Program-made: the position numbers and the translations under genes
The notes under the pieces: model-generated
What the model was told of the DNA's origin: nothing
Databases searched by the model: none
The model's input: only the letters and a program-made list of their open reading frames with translations
Source of the DNA: Candidatus Bathyarchaeota archaeon
GTDB taxonomy: Archaea > Thermoproteota > Bathyarchaeia > Bathyarchaeales > Bathycorpusculaceae
Reading direction: 5' to 3'
Length of the DNA stretch: 64,000 nt
NCBI GenBank assembly: GCA_963777155.1
Contig: CAVZPM010000001.1
Coordinates: 160,001 to 224,000 of the forward strand
Shown: positions 40,445 to 50,276 of the stretch, piece by piece
Layout of the letters: each line of letters begins with the position of its first letter
How positions within the stretch are numbered: the stretch's first letter is position 1

Positions 40445-40494
40445 TCTGCAATAATCTCCCTTTATTGAAAGTAACTTATTGGAGTGTCTAGCAA

Positions 40495-41310
40495 GTGAAA
40501 ATAGAAGTCCTTGAGAAAAACGATACAAACCTTAGCATAGTCGTCAGAGATGCCGACGTGCCCCTAATGAACGCTCTACGACGTCTAGCACTTGCTGAAG
40601 TTCCCTGCATGGCAATCGAAGAAGTCGTCATGATAGAAAACAGCTCAATTCTCCAAGACGAAATCATCGCGCACCGACTTGGACTCACACCGTTAAGGAC
40701 CGATTTAGACGCCTACAGTCTTCCTGAAGAATGCGAATGTAAAAGCGAGTTCGGTTGTTCTCAATGCCGCGTTACATTGACTCTTGACGCAGAAGCAAGG
40801 GACGGTACAAGAACCGTTTACTCAGGAGAAATCGTGTCTGAAAACGAAGAAATTGTTCCAGTTTCCGATAAAATTCCAATAATAAAGCTGGCAAAAAACC
40901 AGAAGTTAAAGCTTGAAGCATACGCACGACTCGGCAGAGGCAAAACCCATGCAAAATGGCAGCCAGTATCCATGTGCGCATACAAGTACTACCCAAAAAT
41001 CACTACCCCAACCGGCAAATGTGAAGGATGCCAAAAATGCGTTGACATCTGCCCCAAAAAAGTTTACGTTATCAAGGACGAAAAAGTCGATGTCCGCGAC
41101 CTGTTAGCATGTAACCTCTGCATGGACTGCGTTCATGCTTGCCCGCAGAAACCCTCGCCTCTGCAGGTGGAATGGGAAAAGAACACTTTCATAATGAACA
41201 TAGAGTCTACAGGTGCGCTTCCTCCAGAACGTGTCTTAAAAGAAGCCACTAAACTGTTAGGTAAGCAACTAGACGAGTTTGAAGAATTAGTAAAGGCTGA
41301 AATAAAATGA
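40495..41310 (+). CDS. rpoD: RNA polymerase subunit Rpo3/D with ferredoxin-like 2x[4Fe-4S] insert
   Basis: 'NALRRLALAEVP', 'AHRLGLTPL', 'HAKWQP', CEGCQKCVDICP and CNLCMDCVHACP. Confidence 0.96.
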   Translation: MKIEVLEKNDTNLSIVVRDADVPLMNALRRLALAEVPCMAIEEVVMIENSSILQDEIIAHRLGLTPLRTDLDAYSLPEECECKSEFGCSQCRVTLTLDAEARDGTRTVYSGEIVSENEEIVPVSDKIPIIKLAKNQKLKLEAYARLGRGKTHAKWQPVSMCAYKYYPKITTPTGKCEGCQKCVDICPKKVYVIKDEKVDVRDLLACNLCMDCVHACPQKPSPLQVEWEKNTFIMNIESTGALPPERVLKEATKLLGKQLDEFEELVKAEIK

Positions 41311-41669
41311 GAGAAACCAAAACTACAAACCCCCAATTAATCGCTCTTATAGGTCTTCTAAAGAAAGAAAGCAGAGAAAAACAAGCAGCCATCTGGCTAG
41401 ACGTCGCTGACCACCTAGCCAAGTCACGAACTCAACGCGTCGCCGTTAACCTAAGTCAGTTGAATAGGCACACAAAAAAAGCCGACGTAGTGGTTGTTCC
41501 AGGCAAAATCTTGGGTACAGGCACCATTGATCACGCTTTAACAGTTGCTTCCTTTGACATTTCTCAATCCGCCAAGGCAAAGCTTGAGGCTGTCAAAGCA
41601 AAACACATAACAATTCCAGAGCTGATGGAGAAAAACCCCAAAGGCTCAAACGTAAAAATTATTCGGTGA
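41307..41669 (+). CDS. rpl18e: 50S ribosomal protein L18e
   Basis: 'TTNPQL', 'VNLSQLNR', 'VVVPGKILG'. Confidence 0.96.
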   Translation: MRETKTTNPQLIALIGLLKKESREKQAAIWLDVADHLAKSRTQRVAVNLSQLNRHTKKADVVVVPGKILGTGTIDHALTVASFDISQSAKAKLEAVKAKHITIPELMEKNPKGSNVKIIR

Positions 41670-42124
41670 AAAGAATGCAAACAACAACAAAACCATCAGT
41701 CACATTTGTGAACGCTGAAGGCTTAATCGTTGGCCGCATGTGCAGTAAAATTGCCAAACGATTGTTAAACGGCGAAGAAGTTATCATACTCAACGCTGAA
41801 AAAGCAGTCTTCTCAGGCAAACGTAAAAGTAAAATCGCTGAAGCTCATCTCTTCCTTGAAGTCGGCGCTCCAGAACGTGGTCCCTTCCACTATCGGAGAC
41901 CAGACCGTTTCCTACGCAAAACTGTGAGAGGTATGCTTCCGTTCAAGCAGCCAAAAGGCAAAAACGCTTACAAACGCCTCAAAGCATATTTGGGAATACC
42001 AATTGAGTTTAAAGATCAACAATTAATTACATTCGAGGAAGCCTCATCAGTTGACTTGAAAGGTCCACACATGACCCTTGGTGAATTGGCAACTGAAATC
42101 GGATGGAGAAACAGGATGAAATAA
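41666..42124 (+). CDS. rpl13: 50S ribosomal protein L13
   Basis: 'GRMCSKIAKRLL', 'GPFHYRRPD', 'TVRGMLP'. Confidence 0.96.
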   Translation: MKRMQTTTKPSVTFVNAEGLIVGRMCSKIAKRLLNGEEVIILNAEKAVFSGKRKSKIAEAHLFLEVGAPERGPFHYRRPDRFLRKTVRGMLPFKQPKGKNAYKRLKAYLGIPIEFKDQQLITFEEASSVDLKGPHMTLGELATEIGWRNRMK

Positions 42125-42126
42125 TT

Positions 42127-42537
42127 ATGCCCGCAAAAAAAGTCTTAGTAGTTAGTGGAAAAAGAAAAACCGCTGTTGCACGCGCCATAGTCAAACAGGG
42201 CGTTGGCAAAGTGCGAATTAACATGACTCCAGTAGAAATAGTAGAACCAGATATTGCCCGCGCAAAAATCATGGAGCCACTCCTGCAAGCAGGCGGAGAC
42301 GTCTGGCAACAACTCGACATGGACGTTAAAACCAGCGGCGGAGGCTACATGGGACAGGCAGAAGCAGCACGCATGGCAATCTCAAACGCACTCCTCAAAT
42401 GGACCAAGAGCACACATCTACGCACAGTTTTCAGTGAATACGACCGAACAATGATTGCCGGAGACAGCAGAACCAAAGAAACAAAGAAAGTCGGCGGAGC
42501 AGGCGCACGGTCCAAAGAACAGAAAAGCTACAGGTAG
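42127..42537 (+). CDS. rps9: 30S ribosomal protein S9
   Basis: '[10 protein letters not shown]', '[10 protein letters not shown]', 'QKSYR'; start taken at MPAKK. Confidence 0.96.
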   Translation: MPAKKVLVVSGKRKTAVARAIVKQGVGKVRINMTPVEIVEPDIARAKIMEPLLQAGGDVWQQLDMDVKTSGGGYMGQAEAARMAISNALLKWTKSTHLRTVFSEYDRTMIAGDSRTKETKKVGGAGARSKEQKSYR

Positions 42538-42548
42538 GAGAAAACAAA

Positions 42549-42779
42549 ATGATTATTCCCGTAAGATGCTTCACATGCGGCAAACTTGTCGGCGACCGAT
42601 GGGACGAATTTACACGTCGCATAAAAACCGGCGAGAACGCCAGCGACGTGCTGGACAGCTTAGGCTTGAAACGGTACTGCTGCAGACGCATGTTGCTCTC
42701 TAACGTGGAAATCATCGACGAAGTCTTGCGGTTCTACGAAGAAGCAGAAAAACGCAAAGAAGCCCGCAACTTCTACTAA
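42549..42779 (+). CDS. rpoN: RNA polymerase subunit Rpo10/N
   Basis: '[12 protein letters not shown]', 'RYCCRRMLL'. Confidence 0.98.
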   Translation: MIIPVRCFTCGKLVGDRWDEFTRRIKTGENASDVLDSLGLKRYCCRRMLLSNVEIIDEVLRFYEEAEKRKEARNFY

Positions 42780-42952
42780 ACCATTTTTTTAACGGTTCAA
42801 TTTTTTTACGTTTTATTGGCTACTGAAAGCTTCAGTGTTAACCTCTGCTCCTTAGCATAATGTTATTCCTCGAGGTGAAGCTGGAGCTCTTTGAGTTGGA
42901 AAGAATGTTTTTATTTGGTTTATGTTATAGCTTTCATTCAAGGTGTATTTGG

Positions 42953-43897
42953 ATGGGTAAAGGTTCAGGTTTCGGAAAAGTCATTCTGTTTGGCGAGCAT
43001 TTTGTGGTTCATGGTGTGCCGGGTATCGTTTCAGCAATCGACTCCTCAACAGACGCAGAAGTAAAAAAAGCTGCTAAAGGCATAAACGTTCGGGATGAGC
43101 GGAAAACCGCTAAGGGTTACAGCGAGGAAAAAAGGCTCCAGCAACTCGAATCTATCGAGAGAATGCTAAAAGCCATGGGTATTGACCCCAAGATCGCGTT
43201 GGATATCTGGGTCGGCGGCACTCTTCCAGGCTTTAGTGGACTTGGAGCTTCCGCGGCAAGCAGCGTTGCAATCGCGCGAGCCATCGCTCAAGAACTCGGG
43301 ATGAAAATTTCTAATGAAAAAATCAATCAAGTCGCTTACGAAGCCGAGAAAGCTTACGCGGGCAACCCTTCAGGCATCGACAACACTGCAGCCACTTATG
43401 GCGGTCTGATGTGGTTTAAGAAAAACATGGGCGGAGGACCTGACAAAGTTGAACCCCTAAGCATCAAAGAGCCTGTGGAAATCGTCATCGGAAGCACGGG
43501 CAAAGTTGCCAACACCAAAGCCATGGTCGAAGGGGTAGCCGAACGCAAACTTAAAAACCCCCAAAAATACAACCAGATCTTCAAACGAGCAGAAGAACTA
43601 GCTTACGAGGGCAGAGCTGCCTTGGAATTCTTCAACCTAAAAAAAATCGGTGACCTCATGAACGAAAACCATCGCCTGCTCCAAGAAATCGAGGTATCGA
43701 GCAAAGAACTCGACTTCCTTGTTGAATTAGCAAGAAAGCAAGGCGCAATCGGGGCTAAACTTACAGGCGGCGGAGGCGGAGGCTGCATGGTTGCGTTGAC
43801 ACCGGGTAAAGAGTTGCAGGGCAAAGTTGCGTCTGCATTCAAAACGGCTGGCTACGATTTCTTAGCAACCAAAATCGGCGTCGTAACCCAGTATTAA
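42953..43897 (+). CDS. mvk: Mevalonate kinase
   Basis: 'GKVILFGEHFVVHG', 'GLGASAA', 'PSGIDN', 'GAKLTGGGGGG'; start at MGKGS. Confidence 0.93.
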   Translation: MGKGSGFGKVILFGEHFVVHGVPGIVSAIDSSTDAEVKKAAKGINVRDERKTAKGYSEEKRLQQLESIERMLKAMGIDPKIALDIWVGGTLPGFSGLGASAASSVAIARAIAQELGMKISNEKINQVAYEAEKAYAGNPSGIDNTAATYGGLMWFKKNMGGGPDKVEPLSIKEPVEIVIGSTGKVANTKAMVEGVAERKLKNPQKYNQIFKRAEELAYEGRAALEFFNLKKIGDLMNENHRLLQEIEVSSKELDFLVELARKQGAIGAKLTGGGGGGCMVALTPGKELQGKVASAFKTAGYDFLATKIGVVTQY

Positions 43898-44465
43898 AGA
43901 GGCGGATAAACCCCCCGACCTTTCCCTTTTATAGGATTAATTTGTTTCTCTCGCAGAAAGCTGACCGTTTCACTATGCAAATCGTCTATTGTCCCGCTAG
44001 CATGTGTCCGCCAGTTTCAAAGGCACAACTTTGCGCTGGGAATATGTTTTGAAGGAATCCACAGTACGAGTGATGGACGGTCTAGTGCTTCTAAAAACGG
44101 ATCTGTCGCTCAATGGCCTTTCTTTTCATCCTCAAAGAACAAAATCCTCTGCTTCTTTATCGCATTAAAACTCTCACCAGTATGGACATTACAAACAACC
44201 GATAGCATGGATTTAGGATACATATCTGGATCGATTACCTCGCTTGGTCGCCGAATCCTCAGCAGTCTAATCAACGCACTAGTTCCCACAACAACCCGGC
44301 TAGAATAAACCCAAACGCCATATCCCAGGGGTAACACCATATTCCTTCAGGCCCTATCCAGACAAGGGCGCGGTAACCTTCGGGGTTTAATTTCGTTTTC
44401 TGATTGAATTGACTTCGCTGCGCAATGTAAAAACTTATTTACTTGTAGGAATTTATGGATATATT

Positions 44466-44735
44466 ATGACAGAGCAAGAGCAAATCGAAGACATCATTAA
44501 GGTGTCATCCAAAGGTCAAATCGTAATCCCCAGAGAGGTTCGTAAGAAACTGGGTATGAAAGGCGGCGAGAAACTTTTAGTGCTTACTCGTAACGGTGAA
44601 ATAGTGCTTAGAAAAACTCAAGAATTAACCATGAATGACATAGCTAGGAGAATTAGCAAGACAGTACAAGAAGAACACATTGACGTTGACAAGCTCGTGG
44701 CTGAGGCAGTCGAGTGGGCAAGAAAGTCAAAGTAG
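44466..44735 (+). CDS. AbrB/MazE/SpoVT-family antitoxin
   Basis: 'KVSSKGQIVIPREVRKKLGM'. Confidence 0.9.
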   Translation: MTEQEQIEDIIKVSSKGQIVIPREVRKKLGMKGGEKLLVLTRNGEIVLRKTQELTMNDIARRISKTVQEEHIDVDKLVAEAVEWARKSK

Positions 44736-45133
44736 TCTTCGATACGAACGTCTGGGGTTCAATCTTCATGGAAGAGGTTCTCTATGACGAGTTTTCGCAA
44801 ACAAAGCAAGAATTAACCGTTTATGTAAGCAAAGACATTATCCTTGAATTATCGAAAGTCTTGCTATATCCAAGAATCGCAAAGGTACTAGGGAAGAGCA
44901 GCTTACACGAAAAGGACGTTTTGCGAGCCATCTCAGCAGACTCTAAGATGGTCGAGCCTAAGCTGACACTGTATGTCATAAATGAGGATGTCGAAGATAA
45001 TAAGATACTCGAATGTGCTCTTGCGGCTAAAGCAGACATCATCGTATCAGGAGACAAACATCTTCTTAAACTTGGCAAGTTTAGGAAAACCAGAATACTT
45101 ACGCCCAGAGAATTTTTCGGCAGCTTATCTTGA
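44714..45133 (+). CDS. PIN-domain toxin (VapC-like, TIGR00305 type)
   Basis: 'VVFDTNV', 'EDNKILECAL', 'IVSGDKHLL', 'ILTPREF'. Confidence 0.9.
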   Translation: MGKKVKVVFDTNVWGSIFMEEVLYDEFSQTKQELTVYVSKDIILELSKVLLYPRIAKVLGKSSLHEKDVLRAISADSKMVEPKLTLYVINEDVEDNKILECALAAKADIIVSGDKHLLKLGKFRKTRILTPREFFGSLS

Positions 45134-45305
45134 AATTGAAAAAAGGGAGAGCGACTGCGTAGAAATTGGAGTGGCGGAAGCTTCTAAAATCCCCGTGAGT
45201 GGTCGTAAATTTTTACGAAGCCACACCCACCAAAGAGAACCTAAAGGAATTCTGCGATTGTTTTTTAAGAAGGTAACAAGTAAATTGGATTTAAGGCGAA
45301 TCAAA

Positions 45306-46613
45306 GTGGGCTTAAGAGACTTCATTGAGCAACTCCAAAAGAATGGAGAATTAACAAGGATCACAAAGCCTGTCTCAACCGAGTTTGAGATCGCAGGCAT
45401 CATAAACGCGTTGGGCGAAAGACCTGTTTATTTTGAGAACGTCAAAGAATCATCTTACCCCGTTGTGGCGGGACTTGTTTCCAGCAAAGAGAGGATCTGC
45501 CGCAGTCTGGGCACAACTAAAGAGCAGCTATTGCCAAAACTCCTTAGCGCTATCGAGCACCCGGTTCCGCCTCAGATGGTGCAAACAGCCCCATGCCACG
45601 AAGTCGTCGAAACCAATGTTGACTTAACTAAACTCCCAATCATGCATTACACCGAAAAAGATGGCGGTGACTACATCGCTTCAGCAGTATCCATCGTTAA
45701 AGATCCTGAACTTGGTAGAAACATGTGCTTCCACCGCCTCATGCTTTTAGACAAAAACCGCTTTGTCGCCCGAATAGTTGAGCACCGAGGCACCGATACA
45801 GCACTAAAGAAGGCAGGCGGCGAACTTGACATTGCCTTTTGCCTAGGGAACTCCACCGCAACTTTACTTGCAGCCGCAACGACCCTGCCAATGGGCGTGG
45901 ATGAACTTGGAATGGCAAACGCGTTAGAGAAAACTGATTTAGTCAAATGCAAAACTGTCGATTTGGAAGTTCCAGCCGACTGTGAATTTGTGTTAGAAGG
46001 AAGGATAACCCAAGAGAGAGCCGCGGAAGGGCCGTTTCTGGATTTGACTGGTATTGTGGATCGTGTCCGCCAGCAACCCGTCGTGGAAATTAAATGCATA
46101 ACTCACCGCAAAGACCCAATTTACCAAACAATCCTCGCAGGCAAAAACGAACACAAGTTCCTTATGGGCATGCCAAAAGAACCCACCATCTACTCTGAAG
46201 TTGGCAAAGTCTGCCAAGTCAAGGACGTCTACGTTACTCCAGGCGGATGCAGCTGGCTCCACGCGGTTGTCCAAATTAAAAAGGTGAACGCCGACGACGG
46301 CAAAAAAGCCATAGCTGCCGCGTTTGAAGGACACAAATCCCTAAAACACTGCGTTGTAGTGGACGAAGACATAAACATTTATGACCCACATGACGTTGAA
46401 TGGGCAATTGCCACAAGGTTCCAAGCCGACAAAAACACCATCATCCTATCTAATCAACCTGGCTCTTCGCTGGACCCGTCAGGCGACCTCTCAGAAGGCA
46501 AAAAAGCCACAACCGCCAAAGCAGGCTTAGACGCTACGGCGCCGTTAGTGACTACTGGCAAGGGCTTTCAGAAACATGACTACGTTAAAGTTGATTTAAA
46601 CAAGTATATGTGA
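45306..46613 (+). CDS. UbiD-family decarboxylase, probable trans-anhydromevalonate 5-phosphate decarboxylase
   Basis: 'EGPFLDLTG', 'VDEDINIYD...WAIATRFQ', 'SSLDPS'; context among mevalonate genes; GTG start 45306. Confidence 0.87.
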   Translation: MGLRDFIEQLQKNGELTRITKPVSTEFEIAGIINALGERPVYFENVKESSYPVVAGLVSSKERICRSLGTTKEQLLPKLLSAIEHPVPPQMVQTAPCHEVVETNVDLTKLPIMHYTEKDGGDYIASAVSIVKDPELGRNMCFHRLMLLDKNRFVARIVEHRGTDTALKKAGGELDIAFCLGNSTATLLAAATTLPMGVDELGMANALEKTDLVKCKTVDLEVPADCEFVLEGRITQERAAEGPFLDLTGIVDRVRQQPVVEIKCITHRKDPIYQTILAGKNEHKFLMGMPKEPTIYSEVGKVCQVKDVYVTPGGCSWLHAVVQIKKVNADDGKKAIAAAFEGHKSLKHCVVVDEDINIYDPHDVEWAIATRFQADKNTIILSNQPGSSLDPSGDLSEGKKATTAKAGLDATAPLVTTGKGFQKHDYVKVDLNKYM

Positions 46614-47818
46614 TTAGCATGGAACTAACCAAGCAAGAACAAGCAATGCTGGATGGCAAAGAAGGCTACGCTATCCGCAAAAGCATGGAAATCCTAACTG
46701 CGCTCGGCGATATTTTTGGCGCAAAAAGCCTAATCAAAGTTGGCAGCGTCCAAGTTGCTGGTGTATCCTACCACAACCTTGGCGACGCAGGGCTCGAATT
46801 CCTAAATGAACTCGCAGTTGACGGTAGAGTAAAAGTTCTAACCACCCTCAACCCTGCAGGCATGGACCTGGAAAACTGGCAGCAACTGGGTATTAGCCCC
46901 GAATTTGCAGAAAAACAGAACCTTGTCATCGACGCTTTCAAACGTATGGGCATCCTAATCAGCTGCACTTGCACACCCTATCTAATCGGAAACTTGCCGC
47001 TCTACGGTGAACATGTTGCGTGGTCTGAAAGCAGCGCGGTCACATTTGCTAACTCAGTTTTGGGCGCAAGAACGAACCGTGAAGGAGGACCATCAGCATT
47101 GGCGGCGGCATTCGTAGGCAAAACTCCATGTTATGGCTTGCATCTTGACGAGAACCGAGTTCCCGATGTACAAGTTCAAGTTAATGCAGAATTAGTCAAG
47201 CTCTCCGATTGGGGCGCATTGGGTTACGCGATTGGCAGGAAGGCAGAAAATAAAATCCCATACATAACTGGTATCAAAAACGCTGAACTTGACGAGCTCA
47301 AATCCTTCTGCGCTTCAGTCGTAACGTATGGCGCGAAACCGCTTTTCTATATGAAGGGCGTAACTCCTGGAGCTGAACAGCAGCCGCAACTCAAAGAAAA
47401 AATAATTATTGAGCAAAGTGACCTCAAAAACGCTTACGACAACATAAACGACGACGTATCCGAGATTGAGTTGGTCTGCTTGGGTTGCCCGCACTGTTCG
47501 ATTAAGGAAATCTCTGAAATCGCCGAGTTAGTGAAAGGCAGAAGGGTTGCGGAGGGCACGGAGTTTTGGGTTGCTACTTCCCGAACAGCAAAGCAGCTTG
47601 CAGATAAGCGCGGCTACACTGCAACGATTGAAGCGGCTGGCGGCAAATTCGCATGTGACACCTGCATGGCAGTTGCGCCGCTCAAGGGCAGGTTCAAATC
47701 GTTGGCGACTACTTCGGCGAAGGGATGTTTCTATTCGAGGCAGAATCTCATGAAAACCAAGATGGGCAGTATGAAAGAGTGTGTCGAGGCGGCGGTGACT
47801 GGAAAATGGAGCAACTAA
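46610..47818 (+). CDS. Aconitase X catalytic subunit, probable phosphomevalonate dehydratase large subunit
   Basis: 'GVSYHNLG', 'TTLNP', 'CTCTPY', 'WSESSA', 'LGCPH', 'DTCM', 'TTSAKG'. Confidence 0.9.
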   Translation: MISMELTKQEQAMLDGKEGYAIRKSMEILTALGDIFGAKSLIKVGSVQVAGVSYHNLGDAGLEFLNELAVDGRVKVLTTLNPAGMDLENWQQLGISPEFAEKQNLVIDAFKRMGILISCTCTPYLIGNLPLYGEHVAWSESSAVTFANSVLGARTNREGGPSALAAAFVGKTPCYGLHLDENRVPDVQVQVNAELVKLSDWGALGYAIGRKAENKIPYITGIKNAELDELKSFCASVVTYGAKPLFYMKGVTPGAEQQPQLKEKIIIEQSDLKNAYDNINDDVSEIELVCLGCPHCSIKEISEIAELVKGRRVAEGTEFWVATSRTAKQLADKRGYTATIEAAGGKFACDTCMAVAPLKGRFKSLATTSAKGCFYSRQNLMKTKMGSMKECVEAAVTGKWSN

Positions 47819-48210
47819 AGGGCAGAATAATCTACAAGGGCAAAGTAGAAGGCGAAGCGCTTGTTACGGAGATGCCGATTTCCTTCTATGGCGGCGTTGA
47901 CCCAAACACAGGCGTCGTAATCGAGAAAGGCCATCAACTCAACGGCCAAAGCGTCAAAGGCAAAATCCTAGTTTTCCCACAGGGCAAAGGCAGCACAGTC
48001 GGCAGTTATACGCTGTACCGAATGAAGAAAAACGGCACAGCCCCAGCTGGCATGATAAACAAAGAATGCGAAACCATCGTTGCCGTCGGCGCAATCATCA
48101 GCGAAATCCCTACCATAGACAAAATCGACATCTGTAAAATCAAAACAGGCAACAAAATATCCATCGACAATGACATCGTTAGCCTGACTTTGCCCAGTCA
48201 AATCTTGTGA
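47806..48210 (+). CDS. DUF126 swivel subunit, probable phosphomevalonate dehydratase small subunit
   Basis: 'ISFYGGVDPNTG', 'GKGSTVGSY'; start MEQLKGR. Confidence 0.9.
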   Translation: MEQLKGRIIYKGKVEGEALVTEMPISFYGGVDPNTGVVIEKGHQLNGQSVKGKILVFPQGKGSTVGSYTLYRMKKNGTAPAGMINKECETIVAVGAIISEIPTIDKIDICKIKTGNKISIDNDIVSLTLPSQIL

Positions 48211-48366
48211 AAATCAGTCTTTAGAATTGCTCGGATTTGTGCATAAGTAATCTTACGCCTTTACGGTTATTCACGGCAATGCATCACCATACCTGCACGA
48301 CTGAGTAGAAAAAAGTGCAACGTTAAATTAGCAGAACTCAAATATGCATAGTTGGTTACGATTCCC

Positions 48367-49170
48367 ATGAACGATTCAAACCCAGTAATCCTGAAACTTG
48401 GCGGCTCAGCCATCACCGACAAAACCGGCGAGTTAGCTGCAAAAACAGAAATCATAAATCGCCTAGCAGAAGAAATCAAGCGGGCAGACCTAGACAACCT
48501 AATCATTGTTCACGGAGGCGGCAGCTTTGGTCACCCAACCGCAGAGAAATACGGCATAAAAGATGGCTACAAAGAAGACCCAACCCAGAAACTGGGATTT
48601 GCCGAAACCCACCACGTCATGACCGTCCTAAACGGCTTAGTCATGGACGCACTAATCTGGCATGAAGTCCCAGCAGTAAGCGTTGCACCATCATCCTGTA
48701 TGGTAACTGAAAACGGCAAAGTCAAATTCTTCGACGAAACCGTCTTCAAATCTATGGCAAAAATGACTTTCACACCAGTTATGTACGGCGACGCAGTCCT
48801 TGACGAAAAGCTCGGCTTCACAATTCTTTCAGGTGACCAACTTGTAGCTTACTTAGCTCTTAAGTACAAAGCGACAAAAATCGTGGTGGGCACAGACACC
48901 GATGGCTTATTTGATTGCGACCCCAAAACTAACCCCAACGCTAAACCCTACAAACACCTTACGTTGGCGGAGTTAAAGGAGATTCAGCCAAAACTCGGCA
49001 AAGCACAAGGCAAAGACGTTACAGGCGGTATGGCAGGCAAAATAACCGCATTAATCCCGGCTATTGAGGCAGGTGTCCATGTTACGGTAACGGGTGCCAC
49101 AAAAGGGTTATCTATTTACAGAGCCTTAACAGACCAAAGTGTGTTGGGCACTGAAATAGAGAAGGCGTAA
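48367..49170 (+). CDS. ipk: Isopentenyl phosphate kinase
   Basis: 'KLGGSAITDK', 'HGGGSFGH', 'SGD', 'DVTGGM'. Confidence 0.94.
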   Translation: MNDSNPVILKLGGSAITDKTGELAAKTEIINRLAEEIKRADLDNLIIVHGGGSFGHPTAEKYGIKDGYKEDPTQKLGFAETHHVMTVLNGLVMDALIWHEVPAVSVAPSSCMVTENGKVKFFDETVFKSMAKMTFTPVMYGDAVLDEKLGFTILSGDQLVAYLALKYKATKIVVGTDTDGLFDCDPKTNPNAKPYKHLTLAELKEIQPKLGKAQGKDVTGGMAGKITALIPAIEAGVHVTVTGATKGLSIYRALTDQSVLGTEIEKA

Positions 49171-49171
49171 G

Positions 49172-50275
49172 ATGGCAGAAGTAACCGGCAAACGCAAAGT
49201 TGACCATATCCGTATCTGCTTAGATCAAAAAGCACAAGCTAAAAACGCAACGGCAGGCTTCGAAGATATTTCGCTTGTTCACCGTGCGTTGCCAGAAATC
49301 AACAAATCCAAAATCAACCTCTCAACCACTTTTTTGGCCAAAAAATTTAGCGCCCCCCTAATTGTTGGAGCCATGACTGGAGGCGCTGAAGAAGCAATCG
49401 CAATTAATGCTTCCATCGCTGAAGCTGTGGAAAAGCTTGGTTTGGGCATGGGTCTAGGGAGCCAACGAGCTGCTGTTGAAAACAAAAGCTTAGAGAAAAC
49501 TTATCGAGTGGCACGAGATAAAGCCCCGACGGCGTTCTTGATCGCTAATGTCGGTGGAGTTCAGCTTGTAAATGGTTATGGCGTTAAAGAAGTTAAAAAA
49601 ATTGTTGAAATGATTGATGCCGATGCCGTTGCAATCCACCTGAATGCTTTGCAGGAAGCGGTGCAACCTGAGGGACAAACTAACTTCCAAGGCGTTCTGG
49701 AAAAGATTGGTGAAATTGCAGGCGCAATCAAAGTACCTGTCATCGTCAAGGAGACTGGTGCAGGAATTTCGTATGAGGACGCTAAAGCCCTTGAGGAAGC
49801 AGGCGTTAAAGCTATAGATATTGGTGGAGTTGGCGGAACCAGTTTTGCAGCCGTCGAATATTACCGGTCTGACAAGAAAAAAGATGTTGTTCAAAATTAT
49901 TTAGGTGAGGCTTTCTGGGATTGGGGCATACCCACTGCAGTTAGCCTTGTCGAGAACGCTCAAACTGTCAAGTTGCCCTTGATTGCTTCAGGCGGCATAC
50001 GAACAGGCACAGACATAGCCAAAGCCTTAGCTCTTGGAGCAAGCTTAACCGCCGTTTCCCAGCCCATTCTTGAAGCAGCCGTCAAAGGAGCCAAAGAAAC
50101 TCAAGAAAAACTAAGCTGCCTAATCGAGGAGCTACGAAACGTCATGTTCCTTGTAGGCACAGAAAAAATAAGCGATATAGCCAAATCTCCCGTTGTGATA
50201 ACTGGGAAAACCGCTCAATGGTTGCAAGCACGCGGATTCAACTTGGAAAAATACGCCAAAAAAGGAGCACACTAA
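49172..50275 (+). CDS. fni: Type 2 isopentenyl-diphosphate isomerase
   Basis: 'RKVDHI', 'MTGG', 'GSQRAA', 'HLNALQEAVQPEG', 'KETGAG', 'WGIPT'. Confidence 0.96.
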   Translation: MAEVTGKRKVDHIRICLDQKAQAKNATAGFEDISLVHRALPEINKSKINLSTTFLAKKFSAPLIVGAMTGGAEEAIAINASIAEAVEKLGLGMGLGSQRAAVENKSLEKTYRVARDKAPTAFLIANVGGVQLVNGYGVKEVKKIVEMIDADAVAIHLNALQEAVQPEGQTNFQGVLEKIGEIAGAIKVPVIVKETGAGISYEDAKALEEAGVKAIDIGGVGGTSFAAVEYYRSDKKKDVVQNYLGEAFWDWGIPTAVSLVENAQTVKLPLIASGGIRTGTDIAKALALGASLTAVSQPILEAAVKGAKETQEKLSCLIEELRNVMFLVGTEKISDIAKSPVVITGKTAQWLQARGFNLEKYAKKGAH

Positions 50276-50276
50276 C

